A DNA stretch of 24,000 nt, taken from assembly GCF_000379725.1 (NCBI RefSeq), contig NZ_KB903620.1, forward strand, positions 26,663 through 50,662. Direction: 5' to 3'. The DNA is from Cytophaga aurantiaca DSM 3654. GTDB lineage: Bacteria; Bacteroidota; Bacteroidia; Cytophagales; Cytophagaceae. The notes beneath the pieces were generated by a model. That model searched no databases. It saw only the letters and a program-made list of their open reading frames with translations, and was not told where the DNA came from. This document shows, one piece after another, positions 16,828 to 24,000 of the stretch; positions within the stretch are counted from its first letter, which is position 1; each line of letters starts with the position of its first letter. The position numbers were made by a program, and so were the translations under genes.

Positions 16828-17892
16828 TATTTTCAAATAGATATGTTTATTCGCATGGATCGAATATTCAGCTACTACTTTTTTATTTCCATTTAAACCG
16901 ATTCGCTTTCGCATTTGAGAATCGTCCAGCAATTGCTTCAACACAAATAACCATTCTTCTTTACTCGTTACCAACAATCCCGACTCATTATTTTCTATTA
17001 TTCGAAGATTCGCCCCGATGGAGGTAGCAACCGTAGGTATTCCAAGAGCCATATATTGAAGTGCCTTTAATCCGCTTTTACCATACACCCATTGTTCGTC
17101 CAGCGGCAATGGATACAGACCAATATCCAAACGCTGCAATGTAGGCACCTCCATGGTTTGATGAAACGGCACCACTTCAATATCCAGTCCTTCAATACGA
17201 CATTCATCTACGCCAAAAACTAAAATTTTAAAGTTGTATTCTCTTCTTAATTCAAGTAAAATATCTTTAAGCAGGTAAAAATATTTTAATGTGCTATGAC
17301 TTCCGGACCAGCCAATAACCAATGGTTTATCATTGCTGTATGTATTCACCGGAATGTATGTATCTGTATTTATTGTTGAAGAAATGTCCGTCACATTTGA
17401 ATTTCTTTCCAATGCAAATTTTTCTAAATAAGGCGTACATACAATCACCTGTTTTGCCTGCTGCATCAGGTATGTATATTTTTCAGGTCGTTTCAATAAT
17501 GAAACCAAACTGTTCACTTTGGATGTTTTCCCTAAAAATACCAGATCATCTATGTCGTAAATAACGTTTGGATTCAGCTTTGTATAGAGTCCTTCAAGGA
17601 TAGGGAAACCAAAGGGTGTCACATTTAAAAACAAATACACGCCATCATAGAAAGGCAAAAACGGAAGTAAGGCAATACGTTTTATATAGCCATATATTGT
17701 CCAAAAAATCTTCTCAAGCGTATTCCCTTTTTTATATACAATATCCCAAAATCGATTTGACATAAAAGGCTCGATTGCTATATCGTATCCGTTTTCACGG
17801 AAATGCTGAAAATACTGTTCGTACTTTAATCGCTGCCCCGGAGCAACCCCTTCGGGGTGGGGGCATACAACTACAATCCGTTTTACTTTCAT
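16810..17892 (-). CDS. Glycosyltransferase, GT4 / group 1 family
   Basis: The C-terminal half has a GT-B group-1 pattern (GLKALQYMALGIPTVATSIGANLRIIENNESGLL). I prefer the start at the Met of MKVKRIVVV (17890-17892), which forms an ATGA overlap with the upstream stop. The tracked ORF extends to 17916. Confidence 0.88.
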   Translation of the reverse strand: MKVKRIVVVCPHPEGVAPGQRLKYEQYFQHFRENGYDIAIEPFMSNRFWDIVYKKGNTLEKIFWTIYGYIKRIALLPFLPFYDGVYLFLNVTPFGFPILEGLYTKLNPNVIYDIDDLVFLGKTSKVNSLVSLLKRPEKYTYLMQQAKQVIVCTPYLEKFALERNSNVTDISSTINTDTYIPVNTYSNDKPLVIGWSGSHSTLKYFYLLKDILLELRREYNFKILVFGVDECRIEGLDIEVVPFHQTMEVPTLQRLDIGLYPLPLDEQWVYGKSGLKALQYMALGIPTVATSIGANLRIIENNESGLLVTSKEEWLFVLKQLLDDSQMRKRIGLNGNKKVVAEYSIHANKHIYLKILDSVF

Positions 17893-18788
17893 TTCTTTTG
17901 TGCAATTACTCTCCAATAAGGCGCATTATCAGCAAATACAATATTCGTACAACCTGCGTGCTCTAACATACCGCTGATTTGTTGTTTTGAAAAACGCTGT
18001 TCTAACGGTGTCCCAAATCGATCTAATGAATCGTTACGAATGATATGAAATGATTTATTGGCATACCATGACAAAGGAATTTTAGATACAACATTTTCTG
18101 AAACGCCTGCAGCCAATAGCAATTTGGCTAATGCTATAAACGGCAAATAAAACACTATAGCTAATAAATTACATACAGCTATTTTGAGTTTGCTTGGCAG
18201 CTTACTTACAATCCAACGTATGGAATTTGATAGATGAAACAATGTTTTAAATGCGAGTCCTCTATTCTCAAGATTGTAATAGAGATATAATAATATGTGT
18301 CCGTTTTGTTTGACTTTTTGCACACATTTTTTTACCGCTTCTTTTGTATCCGGCACATGATGCAATACGCCTAAGCTAAACACCAGATCAAATGAATTAT
18401 CTGAAAATGGAATGTTGTCAACCGAAGCTTGACTGATGCGAATATTCGGTTTGTTTTTTAGCAATCTGGCTGCTGCAAGCACAGCTTTACTTGGATCAAT
18501 GCATTCAACACAATTAACCTTTCCTGCAATGTAATACGACCAGCGCCCTGTTCCGCAACCGACATCCAATACATGCGCAGATTTATTCAACAGACTTTGT
18601 GGTACAATATCAAAATAATTATCACCTGCAGAAAAAATTTCTTCTTCATTGAATGTGTGAAATGCGGACCATTCTTCACCAAAAGATTCGACTGTCTCAA
18701 CATCAATATTATCGTTACTTGGAAACACATCAATATGTGTACCGTCAACCGTGATCGTAGATGTAAATGTTTGATTATACGGTATCAT
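17889..18788 (-). CDS. Class I SAM-dependent methyltransferase with a hydrophobic C-terminal extension
   Basis: SAM-binding motif I (VLDVGCGTGRW) and a post-I acidic residue (ECIDPS), consistent with a Methyltransf_11-like fold. A hydrophobic helix IAVCNLLAIVFYLPFIALAKLLLAAGV lies at roughly residues 200-227. Confidence 0.88.
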   Translation of the reverse strand: MIPYNQTFTSTITVDGTHIDVFPSNDNIDVETVESFGEEWSAFHTFNEEEIFSAGDNYFDIVPQSLLNKSAHVLDVGCGTGRWSYYIAGKVNCVECIDPSKAVLAAARLLKNKPNIRISQASVDNIPFSDNSFDLVFSLGVLHHVPDTKEAVKKCVQKVKQNGHILLYLYYNLENRGLAFKTLFHLSNSIRWIVSKLPSKLKIAVCNLLAIVFYLPFIALAKLLLAAGVSENVVSKIPLSWYANKSFHIIRNDSLDRFGTPLEQRFSKQQISGMLEHAGCTNIVFADNAPYWRVIAQKK

Positions 18789-20020
18789 GCAATAACTTCT
18801 GAATAAATTTCTGAATATAAATTTACACCATTCAACAATGAAAAATGATCGTTCACATATTTCAAAGAAATACTCTTTTGGAATACATTTTCAAAATCAT
18901 TTTTAAACAAATAAATTGAACGATCATAAGACGCATCACTAAATGCATTAATAACAATACCTGCCTTCGCTTCAAGAACTTGCTGCTCAACGTCGCCAAC
19001 ATTGTTATTGCAAACAACAGGTATGCCCATTGCCATTATTTCTGCAAGCTTTGTAGGAGACGAGCTTTTCTTTGAATAGGCAGGCTTAATAAAAAACAAA
19101 GATAGATTGCTAAGCAATAAATAAGAAGGCACTTCAACGCGCTGTGCTTTAACTACCCGAATATCTTCTTTTGTCAGTTGATGTTTGCGAGCAATCTCAA
19201 GGATGTCTGCTTCCTTTTCCGGTGTTATAAATAGAAAAACTGCATCTGGGAAATTTTGCTTGAATCGTTTGAAATAATCAAACATTTCATCGATCATGTA
19301 CCACGTACCAATAGATCCTAAATAGCTGACAACCGTTTTCCTTTCTAACGAAAGCTTTTGTCTTAATAGTTCTATTTCTTCATGTAAACTATTTTCCGAA
19401 GAAAACACCTTCAGGTCTGCGCAACAGGGAATGATCTTAAATTTCACTTTTGAAGAAACATAGTCCCATTGCTTCATTTCTTCAAAACTATTTTGTGTCA
19501 GTGTAACAACATAGTCTGCATTCAAAATGCATTTCTTTTCGATCCATTTAAAAAACGTATATGCCGTTTTAAACACAGGGTTTTTTAAGTTCCATAAACC
19601 GCCATCTATACGCTCATCAGCCCAAAAGCCGCGCATGTCAAAAATAAATTTTGTGTGAAATATTTTTTTAGAGAGTAATCCCAATATTGCAGGAATGTAA
19701 CTTCTGCAATGCACTGCTTGAAATACATCTTTGTTTCTTAAACGAAATAAAAAAAACAAACCTGCAATCAGATCCCAAAGTGTTGCTAAAATTGAAAATC
19801 GTTTATGGTATTTTTTAGGATACCACGTAATATTTTTTCCGGAGATTACTCCTTCGATGATGCTCTTATTTGAATTAAATTTCTCCGGTTTCTCGAAACT
19901 TAAAATGGAAAATCTGTAACCCTTTTCTTCCAGACCTAAAATATATGGTAATACCTGCGACTGCCCTAAAAAATCGGTAAGGCCATCGTATGTAATGTAT
20001 AGTATGTGTTTGTTTTGCAT
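18785..20020 (-). CDS. Glycosyltransferase, GT4 / group 1 family
   Basis: 411 aa. The N-terminus ILYITYDGLTDFLGQSQVLPYI is typical of GT4-type N-domains, and the C-domain has KLAEIMAMGIPVVCNNNVGD. Its stop overlaps the methyltransferase start as ATGA. Confidence 0.88.
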   Translation of the reverse strand: MQNKHILYITYDGLTDFLGQSQVLPYILGLEEKGYRFSILSFEKPEKFNSNKSIIEGVISGKNITWYPKKYHKRFSILATLWDLIAGLFFLFRLRNKDVFQAVHCRSYIPAILGLLSKKIFHTKFIFDMRGFWADERIDGGLWNLKNPVFKTAYTFFKWIEKKCILNADYVVTLTQNSFEEMKQWDYVSSKVKFKIIPCCADLKVFSSENSLHEEIELLRQKLSLERKTVVSYLGSIGTWYMIDEMFDYFKRFKQNFPDAVFLFITPEKEADILEIARKHQLTKEDIRVVKAQRVEVPSYLLLSNLSLFFIKPAYSKKSSSPTKLAEIMAMGIPVVCNNNVGDVEQQVLEAKAGIVINAFSDASYDRSIYLFKNDFENVFQKSISLKYVNDHFSLLNGVNLYSEIYSEVIA

Positions 20021-20061
20021 TACCTACTATTTACATGAGATGGCCTTACCATATTGTATCT

Positions 20062-20988
20062 TTATGCTGTTTTAAACGCTTCTTTGTATACAGAGGTTAT
20101 ACCTTCTTTTAAGCCGATTGAATATTTCCATCCCAATTTTTCAAGCTTGGATACATCCATCAACTTACGAGGCGTACCATCCGGCTTTGAAGAATCAAAT
20201 TTCAATTCACCTTTAAAACCAACAACATCTTTAATAAGTGTTGCCAGTTCTTTGATGCTCAAATCAACGCCGCTGCCAATATTGACAAATTCTTTATCGT
20301 TGTAATTTTGAATCAGATAGTAACAGGCTTCTGCAAGATCGTCTACATGCAAAAATTCTCTTAATGGAGAACCTGAGCCCCACACTTCAACGGTGTCAGT
20401 ACCTGACTCTTTCGCTTCATGAAATTTACGCAGCAAGGCAGGCAACACATGTGAGTTGTTCAGATCGTAATTATCATTCGGACCATACAAATTGGTAGGC
20501 ATTGCCGAAATGAAATTACAACCGTATTGATCTTTGTATGCTTCGCACATTTTTATGCCAGCAATTTTCGCGATGGCATACGGTTCGTTTGTAGCTTCTA
20601 ATGTACCGGTAAGTAAGTAATCTTCTTTCAATGGCTGCGGAGCCATTTTAGGATAAATGCATGAAGACCCTAAGAATAAAAGTTTTTTAACTTTTGTTTC
20701 ATATGCCTGATGAATCACATTTGCTTCCATGATAATGTTATCATAGATGAAATCTGCTCTGTAAATATTATTCGCCTGAATCCCTCCAACTTTAGCTGCT
20801 GCTAAAATTACATACTCCGGTTTTTCTGTTTGAAAAAACTGACGCACCTGCTGCTGATCTCTCAGATCAAGCTCTTTAGAGGTACGCGTAATAATATTTG
20901 TGTATCCTTTTTTCTCTAATAACCGAACAAGCGCAGAACCAACCATTCCGCGATGTCCAGCTACGTATATTTTACTTTCTTTATTCAT
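20062..20988 (-). CDS. fcl: GDP-L-fucose synthase (GDP-4-keto-6-deoxymannose 3,5-epimerase/4-reductase)
   Basis: 308 aa with an SDR Rossmann motif (VAGHRGMVGSA) and YAIAK catalytic Y-x3-K. It starts 2 nt after the gmd stop. Confidence 0.95.
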   Translation of the reverse strand: MNKESKIYVAGHRGMVGSALVRLLEKKGYTNIITRTSKELDLRDQQQVRQFFQTEKPEYVILAAAKVGGIQANNIYRADFIYDNIIMEANVIHQAYETKVKKLLFLGSSCIYPKMAPQPLKEDYLLTGTLEATNEPYAIAKIAGIKMCEAYKDQYGCNFISAMPTNLYGPNDNYDLNNSHVLPALLRKFHEAKESGTDTVEVWGSGSPLREFLHVDDLAEACYYLIQNYNDKEFVNIGSGVDLSIKELATLIKDVVGFKGELKFDSSKPDGTPRKLMDVSKLEKLGWKYSIGLKEGITSVYKEAFKTA

Positions 20989-20990
20989 TA

Positions 20991-22103
20991 CTATTCGAAT
21001 TGGCTTAATGTTTTGAATCCACCTTGTTTCAAATATTCGTCTTTCTTGAATAGTTTAACATCAGAATCAACCATTTCATTCACTAACTGCTGAAGGTTAT
21101 ATTTAGGCTTCCACTTCAATTTCTTTTTGCATTTAGTTGGATCACCAATTAACAAATCAACTTCAGTAGGTCTGAAGTATGCTTTATCTACAGCAACAAC
21201 TACAGTACCTTTTTTAACCTGAAATTCTTTGTTTTTGCATGACACAACAACAGCCGTTTCTTTTATGCCTTTCCCTTTGAATTCTACTACAATGCCAACA
21301 CGTGCAAAAGCCATTTTAACAAAATCTCTTACAGTTGTTGTTACGCCGGTAGCAATAACAAAGTCTTCTGCTTGTTTTTGTTGCAGGATCAACCACATTG
21401 CTTCTACATAATCTTTCGCATGTCCCCAGTCACGCTTTGAATCCAGGTTTCCTAAATAAACCTTATCCTGTGCGCCTAAAGCAATACGAGCAACTGCTCT
21501 GGTGATTTTTCTTGTAACAAATGTTTCTCCACGTAAAGGAGATTCATGGTTAAATAAAATTCCGTTGCAGGCAAAAATATTATATGCTTCTCTATAGTTT
21601 ACTGTAATCCAGTAGGCATACATTTTAGCTACTGCATAAGGAGAGCGGGGATAAAAAGGAGTGGTTTCTTTTTGCGGAACCTCTTGTACCAAGCCATACA
21701 GTTCGGATGTAGATGCCTGATATATTTTTGTTTTCTTTTCTAATTTTAAGATACGGATTGCTTCAAGAATACGAAGTGTTCCGATACCATCTGCATTCGC
21801 AGTATATTCCGGCGTATCAAAACTAACTTTCACATGCGACATTGCACCCAAGTTATATATTTCATCCGGTTGCACTTCCTGTATGATACGGATCAAGTTC
21901 GTAGAATCCGTCAAATCACCATAGTGCAATTTGAATTTTACATTTTTTTCATGTTGATCCACATACAAATGATCAATTCTGTCTGTGTTAAATAATGAAG
22001 ATCTTCTTTTTACACCATGAACTTCATATCCTTTTTTCAACAAAAATTCGCTTAAATAAGCTCCGTCCTGGCCTGTAACCCCCGTAATTAATGCAACTTT
22101 CAT
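20991..22103 (-). CDS. gmd: GDP-mannose 4,6-dehydratase
   Basis: 370 aa. [27 protein letters not shown] is the classic Gmd N-terminus, and YAVAK is the catalytic motif. Confidence 0.97.
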   Translation of the reverse strand: MKVALITGVTGQDGAYLSEFLLKKGYEVHGVKRRSSLFNTDRIDHLYVDQHEKNVKFKLHYGDLTDSTNLIRIIQEVQPDEIYNLGAMSHVKVSFDTPEYTANADGIGTLRILEAIRILKLEKKTKIYQASTSELYGLVQEVPQKETTPFYPRSPYAVAKMYAYWITVNYREAYNIFACNGILFNHESPLRGETFVTRKITRAVARIALGAQDKVYLGNLDSKRDWGHAKDYVEAMWLILQQKQAEDFVIATGVTTTVRDFVKMAFARVGIVVEFKGKGIKETAVVVSCKNKEFQVKKGTVVVAVDKAYFRPTEVDLLIGDPTKCKKKLKWKPKYNLQQLVNEMVDSDVKLFKKDEYLKQGGFKTLSQFE

Positions 22104-22165
22104 CCTATTGTTATTTCTAATTTATATAATTGCCCAAATGAACAATTAAACGATTTATATTTATA

Positions 22166-22173
22166 CAAAAATA
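22166..22173 (-). promoter_or_regulatory. Candidate -7 promoter box (TATTTTTG) for gmd-fcl
   Basis: Exact TAnnTTTG on the minus strand, 62 nt upstream of the gmd ATG. I saw no clear -33 TTTG. Confidence 0.3.
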
Positions 22174-22195
22174 ATACTTCTATTGACTTTATCAC

Positions 22196-24000
22196 TTAGT
22201 TCATATATTTCTTCCACCAATATTGGAAAACAATAATCGACCAAATGCGCGTTTCGTCTAAGTTACTATTTTTATTTATTGCTTCCCGCATTTTTTGTAT
22301 ATAATTCCAATTGAATATCTTCTGTGTTTTTATAAGATCTTCCGAAAGCAGCTCATCTAAAATCCACGTTTTTAATTCTTTAGAAAAAAGTGCTGTCAAC
22401 GGCACATCAAATCCATGCTTGGGTTTTGTTAAAATTTCTTTTGGTAACTCATCTTTAAACGCCTCTTTCAAGAGCATCTTCGTACCATCTTTGTTCACCT
22501 TATAATCTGATGGAAGTGCTGAAACATATTCAAGTAATCTGTAATCTAAAAATGGTTCCCGAACCTCCAGTCCATGAGCCATAGACATAGAGTCTACTTT
22601 GTGCAGCATATCACTTCCCAGCACCAGTTCCAGATCCGTATTCAATACTGTATTCAAATCGTATTTATTATTTTTAAACCTCCTGATAACATCCGTTTTT
22701 CTTAAGATGTATTCTTCTTTTCCTTCCATCGACGGATCCAATACTTCTGTTTGCTGTTCATCCGGCAAGATAGAGCACCATAGATAATAGCGTTCGGCAT
22801 CTGTGAGATGCATTCCGTTTAACAGTTTTTGAACCTGTCTGACTTTGTCTCCAATGGGCGAACTTCTGTCTCCTGAAAGAAGCCTGACAATTGATTGAAA
22901 CAGTTGCGCCATCCGGATTTGCCATGTCGGATTTTTAACCATCCATTCTGCGCGATGTTTGTTGTAACCACCAAATAACTCATCCGCCCCATCGCCCGAC
23001 AATATAACTTTCATTGAGGGCGCTACTTTTTTAGATAATACAAAAAAAGGCAGTGCTGAAGTGTCGCCAAAAGGTTCGCTCATGCTATCTAAACAGCCCA
23101 TGATATTATCCGCCAGATCTGTACGACTCAGCATGATCGAAGTGTGATTGGTATTGAATGTCTTCGCAACCAATTCTGCAGATTTTGTTTCATCGTAAAA
23201 CGAAGCGTCTTTAAAACCAACTGAAAAGGTATGAAGATTTTCAACTTGCCTGGATGTTGCTGCAACAACAATAGATGAATCAATTCCGCCGCTTAGAAAA
23301 GCGCCTACCGGAACATCAGCAACCAAGCGGTCTGTAATGGATTGCTCAAATAAAGCCTTTACTTTTTGTGCGGCGTCTTCAAAAGAATCTGTCTTTGATA
23401 TAGTGTTTTTTTCAGGCAGCGAATAATATTTTTTATTTGTTACAGCCGCTTTGCTTATCAATAGATAGCTTCCCGGCTGAACCTTTTTAATATTTTTGAA
23501 AATTGAATTCGGTTCAGGTATATAACCCAATGTGAAATATTGACGAACCGATGCCCAATCAATTTCTCTAGGGACATTAAATGCCAATACAGATTTCATT
23601 TCAGATGCAAAAATGAATTTATCCTCATCCATATAGTAGAGCAAAGGCTTTACTCCAAGCCTGTCCCGTGCTACAAAAATCTCATGCGTTTGTTTGTCAT
23701 AAATAGCAAATGCAAAAAATCCGTTCAGCTTTAACAAGCAATCTACGCCCCAATGAATATAAGCAGACAATAATACTTCCGTATCCGATTCTGTATTGAA
23801 CATACATCCGAATTCAGCGATCAATGCCTCTTTGATCTGTTTGTAATTAAATATTTCTCCATTGAAAACAATTACATATCTATCAGAAACGTCATGCATT
23901 GGCTGACGGCCATTCATGGTATCAATGATTGATAAACGTCTGTGTCCAAGTGCTATTAAATCATCTACAAATGTGCCTCTGCCATCAGGACCTCTATGCG
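22196..24000 (-). CDS. asnB: Asparagine synthase (glutamine-hydrolysing) family amidotransferase; N-terminus outside the window
   Basis: The tracked Met at 23917 is internal. The frame stays open to the window edge and reads ..HRGPDGRGTFVDDLIALGHRRLSIIDTMNGRQPM.., a class-II glutamine amidotransferase domain. A synthetase PP-loop (FLSGGIDSS) lies downstream. Confidence 0.9.
   Translation of the reverse strand, partial: HRGPDGRGTFVDDLIALGHRRLSIIDTMNGRQPMHDVSDRYVIVFNGEIFNYKQIKEALIAEFGCMFNTESDTEVLLSAYIHWGVDCLLKLNGFFAFAIYDKQTHEIFVARDRLGVKPLLYYMDEDKFIFASEMKSVLAFNVPREIDWASVRQYFTLGYIPEPNSIFKNIKKVQPGSYLLISKAAVTNKKYYSLPEKNTISKTDSFEDAAQKVKALFEQSITDRLVADVPVGAFLSGGIDSSIVVAATSRQVENLHTFSVGFKDASFYDETKSAELVAKTFNTNHTSIMLSRTDLADNIMGCLDSMSEPFGDTSALPFFVLSKKVAPSMKVILSGDGADELFGGYNKHRAEWMVKNPTWQIRMAQLFQSIVRLLSGDRSSPIGDKVRQVQKLLNGMHLTDAERYYLWCSILPDEQQTEVLDPSMEGKEEYILRKTDVIRRFKNNKYDLNTVLNTDLELVLGSDMLHKVDSMSMAHGLEVREPFLDYRLLEYVSALPSDYKVNKDGTKMLLKEAFKDELPKEILTKPKHGFDVPLTALFSKELKTWILDELLSEDLIKTQKIFNWNYIQKMREAINKNSNLDETRIWSIIVFQYWWKKYMN

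Noticed and set aside
17893-17916. The upstream start (MESNCTKE...) for the GT4 gene, as given in the ORF track.
   Set aside because: It would overlap the methyltransferase by 28 nt. The downstream Met gives a typical GT N-terminus (MKVKRIVVV) and an ATGA stop-start overlap identical to the one at 18785-18788. The longer form cannot be fully excluded.
1-24000. A search for tRNA or rRNA genes, riboswitches, integrases or transposases, and defence or toxin-antitoxin genes.
   Set aside because: I recognised no tRNA-like T-arm or anticodon-arm patterns and no rRNA segments. Every sizeable ORF is accounted for by housekeeping, glycan or membrane-protein calls. Small ncRNAs or riboswitches cannot be excluded without covariance-model scans.

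Overview
This is a low-GC chromosomal segment that looks Bacteroidota-like. Evidence for that: Shine-Dalgarno sequences are rare, A-rich tracts sit before start codons, and several exact TAnnTTTG (-7 type) boxes lie upstream of genes. I support 21 protein-coding genes.

Left part (1-3700): the 3' end of a GT9 (heptosyltransferase-type) gene, two orphan polytopic membrane proteins, and a cold-shock gene between them.

Centre (3735-15319): housekeeping genes. These are a thrA-thrB-thrC operon, grpE-dnaJ, obg, adk, an M42-type peptidase, a secreted TPR protein and an Lrp/AsnC regulator.

Right part (15397-24000): a surface-glycan locus. It contains an orphan polytopic membrane protein, a GT4 / SAM-methyltransferase / GT4 trio joined by ATGA overlaps, fcl, gmd, and an AsnB-family amidotransferase that runs off the window.

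I saw no tRNA or rRNA genes, CRISPR arrays, transposases, integrases, or recognisable defence or toxin genes. I cannot point to a clear novel multi-gene system.

The signal the gene map explains least is a family of short-period tandem repeats (7 nt). They build the arms of long hairpins that fill both thr intercistronic spacers. A solo copy sits directly upstream of obg, and a 6-nt-period version forms the dnaJ terminator.

The next best candidates are three uncharacterised GT-C-like membrane proteins and the fucose/methyl/amide glycan module. All product calls rest on motifs I recognised by eye. No database search was run.
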